From an uncultured Candidatus Rokubacteria bacterium (GTDB lineage: Bacteria; Methylomirabilota; Methylomirabilia; Rokubacteriales; DASRDR01), in assembly GCA_963805625.1 (NCBI GenBank), contig CAWDVE010000010.1:1856001-1920000 (forward strand): 64,000 nucleotides of DNA, read 5' to 3'. Below, piece by piece: positions 9,269 through 18,954 of this stretch. Position 1 is the first letter of the stretch, and each line of letters begins with the position of its first letter. The translations under genes and the position numbers were made by a program. The notes under the pieces were generated by a model. That model had not been told where the DNA came from and did no database searches. It saw only the letters and a program-made list of their open reading frames with translations.

Positions 9269-10006
9269 ATGCAGGTCATCGAACTGCGGAACTACCTCCT
9301 CCAGCAGGGCGCGCCCTTCATCCGCTACTTCGAGGAGCACTTCCTCCTCTCCCAGCGCGCGGAGGGCATGCACCCGCTGGGACAGTTCGAGGTCGCGGGC
9401 GAACCGGACCGCTTCGTCTGGATCCGGGGCTTCGACGACATGCGGACACGCTTGCGCGGGCTGAGCGCCTTCTACAGCGGTCCCTTCTGGCAAGCCCATC
9501 GCGACGAGGCCAACGCGATGATGCTCGAGCATCACAACGTGCATCTGCTCCAGCCGCTCGGCTCGATCGCGGCCCTGACCGGCGGCGCGACGCTCGAGGA
9601 CCGGGCGTCGGAGCCGCCCGGCACCATCCCGCCGGAAACCGGGCTGGTGGTCGCGGACTTCTACCGCACCGAGCCCGCGAAGCTAGGGCGCCTCGTCGAG
9701 CTCTTCGAGCAGCGCGTGCGGCCGACCCTCCTCCAGCAAGGGCACCAGGTCCTCGGGCACTGCGTCGCGGAACTCCGGCCCAACGACTATCCGAGACTCC
9801 CGGTCATCCAGGACCCCTCCCTCCTCGTCGTCCTCTCCGCCTACCGCGATCGCGAGCGCTGCGCCACCATGCGACACGACTGGCGCAGCGGCGGCCCGGT
9901 CCTGCAGGGAGGCATGCAGCCGCTTCTGACCGGACAGGTAGAGTCCATCTATCTGCGGCCGACCGCCAGGTCGCTGATTCGCTACCACGGTGACGGGGCG
10001 CCCTAG
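9269..10006 (+). CDS. NIPSNAP family protein (two domains)
   Basis: VIELRNYLL..FEEHF, PDRFVWIRGF, FYSGPFW and terminal LRPTARS. Confidence 0.85.
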   Translation: MQVIELRNYLLQQGAPFIRYFEEHFLLSQRAEGMHPLGQFEVAGEPDRFVWIRGFDDMRTRLRGLSAFYSGPFWQAHRDEANAMMLEHHNVHLLQPLGSIAALTGGATLEDRASEPPGTIPPETGLVVADFYRTEPAKLGRLVELFEQRVRPTLLQQGHQVLGHCVAELRPNDYPRLPVIQDPSLLVVLSAYRDRERCATMRHDWRSGGPVLQGGMQPLLTGQVESIYLRPTARSLIRYHGDGAP

Positions 10007-11025
10007 GAACCGGTGACGCGGAGCGAGCCGCCGTCGGGCAGGAAGCCCGAGCCGACCACGAGGCGTCGTCCGCCCGCGCTCTCCCCCTCGAGATGGCCGG
10101 TGACGAGAATCCGCTCGCCCGCCTCCGCGGCGCTCGAGTACAGGCCCTCGAAGGCCACGATTTCCTCGAGGGACCCCGGTCCCCCTTCGTGCCAGCGCAC
10201 GTCTCCAACCCGGTACACGGCCGGGAGGAACATGGCCTCGCCCGCATCGGTCACGCGCGCCTCCACAACTGCGCGCCCGAGGGGTGCGTAGCGGCGGTCG
10301 CCATAGGCTTCGCGGATCTCGTGGGCCGCGCGCGTCGGATGGAGGGAGACGTAGCGCCCGCGGAAGAGCCGGTAGTGCCAGCGTCGCGCCTCGAGGTCCG
10401 CCACCCACTCCGGTTCGAGCCCGAAGCGGGCCGCCGTGTCGGCGCGCCACTGGGCCCGCCGGTCGTCGGGAAGCCGCACCAGCCCCTCGCGCCCGAGGCC
10501 ATCGATCACCGCCCGGAGTCGCCGGGCGTTCTCGGCTCCGTATACCAGGAGATCGATGTCCGAGAACTCCGGGTTGTGGAGGCCGAGGAGGATGGACCCC
10601 GAGACTCCGAAGGCCTCGAGAGGCAGGCCGGCCGCCCCGGCCAGGAGCGTCGCCAGATCCCGGGTCTCGCGCTCGAGCGCATCCGCGGGATCGGCCACGA
10701 TCTCCGCCAGCCGGCGCTCGGGGACGTAGTAGCGAGCGACGGCGTCCGCGGGAACGTGGGAAAACCGGAGCCCCGTGGCGGGGTCGGTCCAGAGGTACCG
10801 CGGGTGCTCGGCCTCAAGCCATTCCAGCGTCCGGCGGACGTGGCGGACGTGATAGTAGGGCAGCTCACGCCGGTAGGCGACGGCGCCGCGCGCCCACTTC
10901 CCGGCGCTGGCGGGCGTGTACTTGAGGTAGGCGGCATAGCGGCCGGGCGGATGAACGTAGCCCACCACGCAGAAGAAGAGCCCGTCGGTCGTCTCGACGA
11001 AGTCCCGGTCTTTGGGCGGCCTCAC
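10003..11025 (-). CDS. Predicted nucleotidyltransferase, archaeal COG1665-like
   Basis: DRDFVET..FCVVGYVHP..AYLKY N-terminus; GVSGSILLGLH...SDIDLLVYG pol-beta NTase motif; FEGLY near the C-terminus. Confidence 0.75.
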   Translation of the reverse strand: MRPPKDRDFVETTDGLFFCVVGYVHPPGRYAAYLKYTPASAGKWARGAVAYRRELPYYHVRHVRRTLEWLEAEHPRYLWTDPATGLRFSHVPADAVARYYVPERRLAEIVADPADALERETRDLATLLAGAAGLPLEAFGVSGSILLGLHNPEFSDIDLLVYGAENARRLRAVIDGLGREGLVRLPDDRRAQWRADTAARFGLEPEWVADLEARRWHYRLFRGRYVSLHPTRAAHEIREAYGDRRYAPLGRAVVEARVTDAGEAMFLPAVYRVGDVRWHEGGPGSLEEIVAFEGLYSSAAEAGERILVTGHLEGESAGGRRLVVGSGFLPDGGSLRVTGS

Positions 11026-11239
11026 CCTCAGGATGCTACCGCTCCCGCGGAACGGTTGTCACGTGCCGGCCGTCGAGGCGGTTCCGTACCGGTGCCCTCG
11101 TCCTGAGCGACGGGCGGCAGGCTGCGAGCGCGGTGACCTTCATGGCTCGTGGAGCGCATTGCGCTACACTCTGCCCCGGTGCGTGTGACGTCGTCCGATC
11201 GATGTGCCCGCCGTGGTCCTGCAGCGATCCGGGATCGCG

Positions 11240-12160
11240 ATGGCTGATCCGACCACGGCCGCCACCCGGCCCGCCGACGCGTCTCGAGCCAGTCGAGGCC
11301 TCGGCTTCGCACTCGCTCTCAGCGCGACGGCCTTCTGGAGCCTGGCCGGAATCCTGATTCGCCTCATCGGGGAGGCGACGAGCTGGCACATCATCCTCTA
11401 TCGCTCGCTCGGGGCGACGGTCATGGTGGGGAGCATGCTCGCCATCGTCCACCGCGGGCGCATCGCCCAGACGATCCGCCACGCCGGCTGGCCCGCGGTC
11501 CTGGCGGGCGTCTGCTCGAGCGCGTCCTCGGTCCTGTTCATCCTGGCGCTCGGCCGCGTCACGGTGGCGAACGCGACCTTCATGGGTGGCATCACCCCCT
11601 TCCTCACCGCGATCGGCGCCCAGGCATTCCTGGGCGAGCGCGTCCCCCGCCGCGCCTGGGGCGCGATGGCCCTGGCGACCATCGGGGTCGCCCTCATGCT
11701 GGGAGGCGGCCTGGCCCTCGGTCGGCTCTCCGGAAACCTCCTCGCGCTGGGCTCCGCCGTGGCCTTCGCGGGCCACGCCCTCTTTCTGCGATTCAACCGG
11801 CAGAGCGACATGCTACCGGCGGTGCTCTACGCGGGGCTGTTCGGCATGCTCTTCGGTCTCCTGGCGCTGGGCGTCGCGGGCATGTCACCTCGCATCCCGC
11901 CCCGAGATCTCGGCCTCGCGCTCGCGATGGGCGTAGTCCAGCTCGGCGGCGGCCTGGTGCTCTACACGCGTGCCTCGCGCCACCTTCCGGCCGCGGAGCT
12001 CCAGCTCGTCGCCACGGCCGAGCTGGTCCTCGCCCCTCTCTGGGTCTGGATCGGCGTGGGCGAGGCACCCGGCGTGGCGACGCTCGTGGGCGGGAGCCTC
12101 GTCATCCTGGCGATCCTGGCGCAGGCGCTCGGCGCCCGGGAACGGCTCTCCGTGCGCTGA
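11240..12160 (+). CDS. DMT/EamA family transporter
   Basis: About ten hydrophobic helices; FLGERV and ELVLAPLWVWIGVGEAP. Confidence 0.9.
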   Translation: MADPTTAATRPADASRASRGLGFALALSATAFWSLAGILIRLIGEATSWHIILYRSLGATVMVGSMLAIVHRGRIAQTIRHAGWPAVLAGVCSSASSVLFILALGRVTVANATFMGGITPFLTAIGAQAFLGERVPRRAWGAMALATIGVALMLGGGLALGRLSGNLLALGSAVAFAGHALFLRFNRQSDMLPAVLYAGLFGMLFGLLALGVAGMSPRIPPRDLGLALAMGVVQLGGGLVLYTRASRHLPAAELQLVATAELVLAPLWVWIGVGEAPGVATLVGGSLVILAILAQALGARERLSVR

Positions 12161-12204
12161 GCGCCGAGGTCAGCGGCGCGCGCCGCCGCGCAGGCGCCGC
12201 GCTC

Positions 12205-12234
12205 TTGACAGGGTCCAATCCGACCGCGCACCAT
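12205..12234 (+). promoter_or_regulatory. Sigma70-like promoter, probably producing leaderless mRNA
   Basis: TTGACA-18nt-CACCAT, 6 nt before ATG 12241, with no Shine-Dalgarno sequence. Confidence 0.5.
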
Positions 12235-12240
12235 CGCGGT

Positions 12241-13899
12241 ATGACGACGACCAGCGACGCCGCGAGGTACATGGAGCTTCGGTCAAGCATCGCCGCCATG
12301 CTGACCGTGCCGGTGCGCTTCAACTTCGTGATCGACACGTTCGAGAAGTGGTCCTCGGACCGCCTCTGCATGCGCTGGGTCGACGATTCCGGCGGGGATC
12401 GGCAAATCTCCTGGAAGGAGATGTCCGACCGCGCGAACCGCGTCGTCAACGTCTTTCGCGCCGGCGGAGTGAAGAAGGGTGATCGCGTCTTCATCCAGGT
12501 GGGCCGCCTCCCGGAGTGGTGGGAGGCGATGCTCGCCTGCCTCAAGATGGGCGCGATCGCCATGCCGGGCACGGTCATGCTCACCCCGAAGGACATCGCC
12601 TATCGCATGGAGCTGTCGGAGCCCGCGGCCGTGGTGACCGAGGCATCGATCGCGCCGAGGTTCGACGAGGTGCGCGGCAAGTCGGGCTCGGTCAAGGCCT
12701 ATCTCGCGATCGGCGGCAAGCCGGACGGGTGGCTGGACTTCCGCGGGGAGCGCGACGGGGCGCCGGCGACGGCGCCGGCGGAGCCGACCCTCGCCACCGA
12801 TCCAGCGATCCTCTACTTCACCTCGGGTACCACCGGCTTCGCGAAGATGGTGCTCCACACGCAGGCGTCCTACGGGATCGGTCACGTCGCGACCACCAGG
12901 TACTGGCTCGACCTGGCGGCGGAGGACCTTCACTGGAACATCTCCGACACCGGCTGGGCGAAAGCCGCGTGGAGCTCCTTCTTCTCGCCGTTCATCGCGG
13001 GAGCGGCGCAGCTCGTCCACAACCCGACCGGCGCGTTCAGCGGCAAGCGGGTGCTCGACATCCTCGCGCAGTACCCGATCACGAGCATGTGCGGCGCGCC
13101 GACGATCTTCCGGGCGCTCGTGCTCGAGGATCTCCGGAGGTGGACCTTCCCGAGCCTCCGGAGCTGCGTCGCGGCCGGGGAGCCGCTCAACCCCGAGGTG
13201 ATCGCGACCTGGAAGGCCGCCACCGGGCTCGAGATCCGCGACGGCTACGGGCAGACCGAGACGTGCTGCCTGGTCGGCAACTACAAGGGGCTCAAGGTCA
13301 AGCCCGGATCGATGGGCAAGCCTTCACCGGGCTACGACATCGCCATCATCGGCGACGACGGGAGGCCGGTCGCCGCGGGGAAGGAAGGCGACATCGGCGT
13401 GCGGATCAAGCCGGCGCGGCCGGTCGGCCTCTTCCGCGAGTACTGGAAGAACGAGCAAGCGAACCGGAGCTCCGTGCGCGGCAATTACTACATCACCGGC
13501 GACCGCGGCGTGATGGACGAGGACGGCTACATCTGGTTCGTGGGCCGGGCCGACGACGTCATCCTCAGCGCCGGCTACCGCATCGGCCCGTTCGAGGTGG
13601 AAAGCGCGCTCCTCGAGCACGCGTCGGTCGCCGAGTCCGCCGTCGTCTCGAGCCCGGACGACATCCGCGGGGAGATCGTGAAGGCCTTCGTCGTCCTCAA
13701 GTCCGGCTTCACCGCCTCGGACGCCCTCGCGGTCGAGCTCCAGGACCACTGCAAGAAGGTGACCGCCGCGTACAAGTACCCGCGGAAGATCGACTTCGTG
13801 ACGGCGCTACCGAAGACGGTCAGCGGCAAGATCCGCCGCATCGAGCTCCGGAACCGCGAATGGGGGCGGCCGATCCCGGCGAGCAACGAGCGCGAGTAG
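12241..13899 (+). CDS. Medium-chain acyl-CoA synthetase (ACSM-like)
   Basis: YFTSGTTGFAKMV, DTGWAK, DGYGQTET, GYRIGPFEVESAL and LPKTVSGKIRR. Confidence 0.93.
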   Translation: MTTTSDAARYMELRSSIAAMLTVPVRFNFVIDTFEKWSSDRLCMRWVDDSGGDRQISWKEMSDRANRVVNVFRAGGVKKGDRVFIQVGRLPEWWEAMLACLKMGAIAMPGTVMLTPKDIAYRMELSEPAAVVTEASIAPRFDEVRGKSGSVKAYLAIGGKPDGWLDFRGERDGAPATAPAEPTLATDPAILYFTSGTTGFAKMVLHTQASYGIGHVATTRYWLDLAAEDLHWNISDTGWAKAAWSSFFSPFIAGAAQLVHNPTGAFSGKRVLDILAQYPITSMCGAPTIFRALVLEDLRRWTFPSLRSCVAAGEPLNPEVIATWKAATGLEIRDGYGQTETCCLVGNYKGLKVKPGSMGKPSPGYDIAIIGDDGRPVAAGKEGDIGVRIKPARPVGLFREYWKNEQANRSSVRGNYYITGDRGVMDEDGYIWFVGRADDVILSAGYRIGPFEVESALLEHASVAESAVVSSPDDIRGEIVKAFVVLKSGFTASDALAVELQDHCKKVTAAYKYPRKIDFVTALPKTVSGKIRRIELRNREWGRPIPASNERE

Positions 13900-13949
13900 C
13901 ACCCGCAGCCGCGAGCCGTGGCTGGCTCAATATCTGGCTTCATCGTGAG

Positions 13950-14123
13950 GATCGCGTGCGCGCTCGAAGTGCGCCCACGCGGCGGCCCGGAGATCACGCT
14001 GAGGCGGACGTTCCGCCCGAGTACGATCGTGCCGATGGCGCGCAGGTGCCGCCGACCGCCGACAACGAGGCGGGCTGGCGATCGTCGCTCGCGAAGCTCG
14101 CCACCCTCGTCGAGTCGGCCTAG
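13950..14123 (+). pseudogene. SRPBCC/AHSA1-domain C-terminal remnant
   Basis: VPPTADNEAGWRSSLAKLATLVESA* is a typical SRPBCC terminal helix; no start codon or N-terminus. Confidence 0.5.
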
Positions 14124-14168
14124 AAATCGTGCGACTTGGGCCTCGCCACGCGATCGACCGCGACGGCC

Positions 14169-14678
14169 ATGACTAGCGAACCCTTCTCCGTTCGTTCTGT
14201 CCGCTTTCCCGCTGAGTACGGCGCGCCGGGAGGACCGGACAGCCTTCTCCCCTGGAGCTACGTCGAGGAGCGTCTTCGGGCCGCGTCGAACTACTGGATA
14301 ACGACCATTGGTCCCGACGCGCGGCCGCACGCGCGGCCCGTCGATGGCGTCTGGGTCGACGGCGCGCTCTCCTTCGGCGGATCGCCGGGGACGCGCTGGG
14401 TGCGCAACCTGATGGCCGACCCCTCGATCTCCGTCCATCTCTCGAGCGAAGCCGAGGCGATCATCCTCGAAGGCACGGCCGAACACGTCACGGACCCTTC
14501 ACATCCCCTCGCCGCGCCATCCATGGCTGCGTCGAAGGAGAAGTACCCCCAGTACTACTCCGGAGATGAGTTGCCATTCCGGCCGTTCTGGGCGCTCCGG
14601 CCCACCACGGCCTTTGCGTGGACCCTCGAGGGCTTCCCACGAGGTGCTACTCGCTGGCGCTTCGAGAATAGAGCCTAA
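14169..14678 (+). CDS. Pyridoxamine 5'-phosphate oxidase-like (split-barrel, FMN/F420) protein
   Basis: LLPWSYVEERL..NYWITT..PHARPVDGVW, RNLMADP and ATRWRF. Confidence 0.87.
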   Translation: MTSEPFSVRSVRFPAEYGAPGGPDSLLPWSYVEERLRAASNYWITTIGPDARPHARPVDGVWVDGALSFGGSPGTRWVRNLMADPSISVHLSSEAEAIILEGTAEHVTDPSHPLAAPSMAASKEKYPQYYSGDELPFRPFWALRPTTAFAWTLEGFPRGATRWRFENRA

Positions 14679-14739
14679 CCAAGCATCCTGCCGTCCGCCC
14701 CGCCTTTGCCGCTTGAGTCAGAGGAATCGCCACTACGTG

Positions 14740-15852
14740 TCATTTCGGCCGGGTCGCTGCCGCGTGACGCGCAAACTTGGGCATCACCTCGGTCGCCAGG
14801 AGCTCCATCGAGCGGCGCCAGAGCTTGGGCTGGTCCCAGTCGTGGCCGCCCATCAGCAAAGTGCCAAAGTGGCCGGTCTCCTCCCGCAGGGAGACGAGTT
14901 GGTCGAGAACGCGGCGAGGACTTCCGGCGATGATCAGGGTGCGCTTGATCGCGTCGACCGTGACGTCCTCGTCCGGCATCTCGAGATGGGACTTGACCAT
15001 GAACAGCGCCTTCCGGAGATGGCCGAAGGAGAACAGGAACCACCGGTAGTAGTACGTGAGCCCGCTCCCGGGGTCGGCGAGGTAGTCCTCGGCCTCCGCG
15101 TCTGTCTCCGTCACCAGCACGCTGCGCGAGACCCGCCACACGTCGGGATCGGGCCGCCGGCCGACCGCCTCGCACCCCTCGGCATACCTCTCCCAGTGAC
15201 CCCGGAGGTAGCGCCGGTGGAAGAACTGGCCCGAGATCGGGATCCATCCGCGCTCCCCGGCCGTCCGGGCGCTCGCGGAGTTTGGCGTGAGAAGCGAGAG
15301 CGCGATGGGTGGATGCGGCTGCTGATACGGCCGCGGGACGGCGCCGACCTTGAACTCGGGGTACACGTGGTTGCTGAGCGAGATCTTCCAGAACTGGCCC
15401 GCGATGTCGTAGGGCGGCTCCGCGCTCCAGAGCTTGAGGATCGCGTCGATCGACTCGAGCATCATCTGGGGCCGCAGCTCGGCCTGGGTGACGCCGAACA
15501 GCTCGAAGTCGCTCACGAGGCCTCCCGGGCCGATGCCCATGATGAAGCGCCCGCGGCAGAGGTGGTCGAACATCGCCGCGTACCCTGCCACGGTGGCCGG
15601 GTGCATCTGGGGCAGGTTGAGGACGCCCGTGCCGAAGGTGATCCGCTCGGTGCGCGGGACGAGCGTGGCCAGGAAGATCAGCGGCGAGGTGATGGGCTCG
15701 CTCAAGGAGGAGAAGTGTTCGCCCACGAAGGCCTCGGTGAAGCCGAGGCGGTCCGCCAGCACGATGGCCTCCTGATCCTCGGCGAGGACGGCCCCGTAGT
15801 CCCGGTCGTGTGGGTGGAACGGCATCATGAACATCCCGAGCTTCACGCTCAT
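14740..15852 (-). CDS. LLM-class flavin-dependent oxidoreductase
   Basis: KLGMFMMPFHP, GFTEAFVGEH, GIGPGGLVSDFELF and SMELLATEVMP. Confidence 0.92.
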   Translation of the reverse strand: MSVKLGMFMMPFHPHDRDYGAVLAEDQEAIVLADRLGFTEAFVGEHFSSLSEPITSPLIFLATLVPRTERITFGTGVLNLPQMHPATVAGYAAMFDHLCRGRFIMGIGPGGLVSDFELFGVTQAELRPQMMLESIDAILKLWSAEPPYDIAGQFWKISLSNHVYPEFKVGAVPRPYQQPHPPIALSLLTPNSASARTAGERGWIPISGQFFHRRYLRGHWERYAEGCEAVGRRPDPDVWRVSRSVLVTETDAEAEDYLADPGSGLTYYYRWFLFSFGHLRKALFMVKSHLEMPDEDVTVDAIKRTLIIAGSPRRVLDQLVSLREETGHFGTLLMGGHDWDQPKLWRRSMELLATEVMPKFARHAAATRPK

Positions 15853-15990
15853 CGGCCCCCCTATCCGAGTTCGCCCTTGCGGCCCTCGGACCCGCGCCGG
15901 GTTCCCGTTGCTGGCCTACCACGCCGTGCTCGGCGCGCATGCGGTGTGGTCGCCGGTCACTCGTGCCAGCGCCGGCGGTCAGCGACGGGG

Positions 15991-17565
15991 CTACCGCTCG
16001 ACCTTCCAGATGGAGTCGAGGACGGTCCCGTCCACCCACTTCACGGCGGCGACGACCTGGCCGCTGCGTCGAGAAGGCTTGGGCTTGCCACCGCACACCT
16101 GTTCGACCTCCCGCTGGATGTCGCGGATGTCTCGGATGGGAAGACCCTTCCCCTTCACAGCATCCAGGAGGTCCCCCCGCCGGGGATTGATGGCAATCCC
16201 CCGTTCGGTGACGATGACGTCGACGAGCTCTCCCGGTCCGGTCAGCGTCGTGACTTCGTCCACGATCACCGGGATGCGATCCCGCATCGCCGGCACCGCC
16301 AGGACCGTACATTTCGCAAAGAGACAATTCTGCCATCCACCAATCCCGTGGAGAAGTCGACCATCGGAGTGGGTCACCACGTTGGCATTGAAGTTCACGT
16401 CCACCTCCGTGGCGCCCAGGACGACCACGTCCACGAACGTCCCGAAGAACCCTTTGCCGTGATAGTTGTACGAGGTGAAGGGGCTGGTCGCCTGGTGACG
16501 TGGGTTCTCCCGCATGGAGACCACGCCATCCAGATCGAATGTCTGGCCATCCAGGATGTAGTCGACAAGCCCCTCGTCCAGCATTCTCACCAGGTACTTC
16601 GTCGAGCCACCTCGGATGAATCGTGCGCGCACGCCCGCCCGCTTCATCATCTCCTGCAGGTAGATCGCAAAGGCCAGGGTGGTCCCACCGGCGCCCGCCT
16701 GGAAGGAGAATCCCTCCTTCATGATCCCCGCGTCCCGCACGAATCGGGCGGTCCATTCCGCGACGAGAAGACGGTCTGGGCTCCTGGTGATCTCGGTCGT
16801 CCCGGACACGATCTTGGCCGGATCGCCGATCCGATCCACGCAGACGACGAAGTCCACGTTGTTACCCTGGATCTGCCACGGGATCGCGGGAAAAGGGACG
16901 AGGTGATCGGTGACCACGATGACCCGGTCGGCATAGAGCGAGTCGGCCAACGCGAAGTACAGGGAGCCACAGGCGGCTGGCCCATGAACACCATTGGCGT
17001 TCCCGAACGCGTCAGCGCACGGGGCCGCGACGACCGCGATGTCAATGTGGACCTCACCGTCCTGGATGGCCTGCCAGCGTCCGCCATGGGACCGGAGGAC
17101 GCCGAGGCCGCGCATTCGGCCGTCGGTGCAGTAGTCCCCCAGCGGTCCGTTCAGGGAGCCCTCGATGTGATGCACCACTCCCGTCTCCATGTGGGCCATG
17201 ATCGGCGCATGGCATGGAAAGGAGGCGGACGGAAACCACGTGAGGTCACGCCTGCCCAGCTTCCCGCAGGCGTCAAAGAGCATGTTGCTCACGAAGTCGC
17301 CGTTCCGAAAGTGGTGATGGGTGGACAGGGTCATGCCGTCCCGGATGCCGCATGCCTCCAAGGCCTCGGTGAGCGATGCGACGCGTTTGTCACCGCCCGC
17401 CGGGTAGTCCGCCGCACTCCGAATCAGGGGTGCCGCCTTTCGCCCCTGCGCCCGATGTCCATGCACCGCCTGAAACGGCACTTGCTCCTGGCCATTCACC
17501 ACTTCGGGAACCAGGCGCCCCAGGGCGTTGGTTGTCAGGGCTACTGGAGTAGCTGTTCTAGCCAT
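15991..17565 (-). CDS. citF: Citrate lyase alpha subunit / CoA-transferase
   Basis: GMTLSTHHHFRNGD, LRSHGGR, SFQAGAGG, LGATEVDVNFNANV and VIVTERGIAINPRR. Confidence 0.93.
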   Translation of the reverse strand: MARTATPVALTTNALGRLVPEVVNGQEQVPFQAVHGHRAQGRKAAPLIRSAADYPAGGDKRVASLTEALEACGIRDGMTLSTHHHFRNGDFVSNMLFDACGKLGRRDLTWFPSASFPCHAPIMAHMETGVVHHIEGSLNGPLGDYCTDGRMRGLGVLRSHGGRWQAIQDGEVHIDIAVVAAPCADAFGNANGVHGPAACGSLYFALADSLYADRVIVVTDHLVPFPAIPWQIQGNNVDFVVCVDRIGDPAKIVSGTTEITRSPDRLLVAEWTARFVRDAGIMKEGFSFQAGAGGTTLAFAIYLQEMMKRAGVRARFIRGGSTKYLVRMLDEGLVDYILDGQTFDLDGVVSMRENPRHQATSPFTSYNYHGKGFFGTFVDVVVLGATEVDVNFNANVVTHSDGRLLHGIGGWQNCLFAKCTVLAVPAMRDRIPVIVDEVTTLTGPGELVDVIVTERGIAINPRRGDLLDAVKGKGLPIRDIRDIQREVEQVCGGKPKPSRRSGQVVAAVKWVDGTVLDSIWKVER

Positions 17566-17610
17566 GAGGCTTCCCCGCAAGGAGATGTGTCGGGCGGAGG
17601 ATTGAACGAG

Positions 17611-18888
17611 TCACTGACCGCCAGCCCTCCCCGACGACTCCTTCGAGCCGCCGTCACCCTCCGCCGGGGCACTTTCCGCCCGGCGCCTCCAATCCTGGGG
17701 AAGGATCGCGAGGGCCTCGGCCATGCGCAAGATGCGCAACGCCCGCTTCACGACGGGTGGGTCCACCATCTTGGCGCCCAGGGCGACCACGCCGACCCCC
17801 CTCTGGGTCGCGTCCTCGAAGGCCAGGACGATTCGCTGGGCCTTCGCGATCTCGTCAGGTCTCGGCGCGAAGCCCGCATGGACGACGGGCACTTGCCGCG
17901 GGTGAATGCAGCCCTTCCCCTCGAATCCGAGGGCTTTCGCTTCCAGGACTGCCGCTCTCAGACCTTCCATGTCCGAGACGTCAGAAAAGACCGAGTCACT
18001 GGGCGTCACCCCCGCCGCGCGCGCCGCGTTGACCACCGTCTGGCGGGCCCACAGCGACTCGCGGCCCTCGGCCGTGCGCTCGACGCCCACGTCCGCCGTG
18101 TAGTCCTCCAAGCCGATGGTGAGGGCCACGACGTTCGGGCTGGCCGAGGCGATGGCGAGGGCGTTGAAACACCCCAGGGCGCTCTCGATGATGGGAACCA
18201 GCAAGCACGGCTCCGGGAGCCCGGCCTCCCGCCGCGCAGCTTCCGCCCGTGCGTCGACCGTCCTCACCTGCTCGGCCGTCTCCGCCTTCGGAATCAGGAG
18301 CACGTGAGCGTTCTGCGGCACCACCGCGTCCACGTCCTCGAGACCGAGCCTCCCTTGGTTGATGCGAACCATCCGCTCGCAGGGCCGGAAGTCCACGGCC
18401 CGTAGCGCGTTCCTCACCAGGAGCCGCGCGGCGTCCTTCTCGGTCGGCGCCACCGCGTCCTCGAGGTCCAGGATGACCGCGTCCGGCTGGTGCAGCCTCG
18501 CATTCAGGAAGTGCTTGGGCTCGCCACCCGGCAGGTAGAGGCGCGACCGACGGAAGCGGTCGCGCGTGGTCCTGGCGTCCCAACCGGGTCCCGAAGCCGG
18601 CAGGAACGTGGCGCTGCCGCCCATACCCGCGCGCTTGACGGCGGCCTCGATCCGCGCCGCCAGGACGAAGTCGAGGGCACCCTGGTCCTCGACCGCGACC
18701 GCGGCATGCCGTACTCCCAGCGCGTCCAGGGCCGCGCGGCACGTGCCGCGCACCACCTCCCCGTACATCGCCTCGACTTTCGATTTGACGCAGAGGCTCA
18801 CCCCGCCGTCGCCGCGTGCTTCCACGCGAACCCAGCAGTCCGAGCGGGCGCGCTCGCCCCGGTGGCCGGCCTCACCGACGTGGGTCAT
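17611..18888 (-). CDS. citE: Fused citrate lyase ACP (CitD-like) and beta subunit (CitE, acyl-CoA lyase)
   Basis: N-terminal SKVEAMYG..V.DQGALDFVLAARIEAAV (CitD); RRSRLYLPG, ILDLEDAV, GLEDYTAD, GFEGKGCIHPRQ and MVDPPVV (CitE). Confidence 0.9.
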   Translation of the reverse strand: MTHVGEAGHRGERARSDCWVRVEARGDGGVSLCVKSKVEAMYGEVVRGTCRAALDALGVRHAAVAVEDQGALDFVLAARIEAAVKRAGMGGSATFLPASGPGWDARTTRDRFRRSRLYLPGGEPKHFLNARLHQPDAVILDLEDAVAPTEKDAARLLVRNALRAVDFRPCERMVRINQGRLGLEDVDAVVPQNAHVLLIPKAETAEQVRTVDARAEAARREAGLPEPCLLVPIIESALGCFNALAIASASPNVVALTIGLEDYTADVGVERTAEGRESLWARQTVVNAARAAGVTPSDSVFSDVSDMEGLRAAVLEAKALGFEGKGCIHPRQVPVVHAGFAPRPDEIAKAQRIVLAFEDATQRGVGVVALGAKMVDPPVVKRALRILRMAEALAILPQDWRRRAESAPAEGDGGSKESSGRAGGQ

Positions 18889-18954
18889 GGCCTCGTGCTC
18901 GGCCCGGGAGCCAGCTCGGGCTGCGGTCCGCCAGCGTCGCCCGGAGGCACGATG

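Noticed and set aside
14566-18405. 1279-aa plus-strand ORF
   Set aside because: Antisense shadow of LLM/citF/citE in high-GC DNA; no recognisable motifs.
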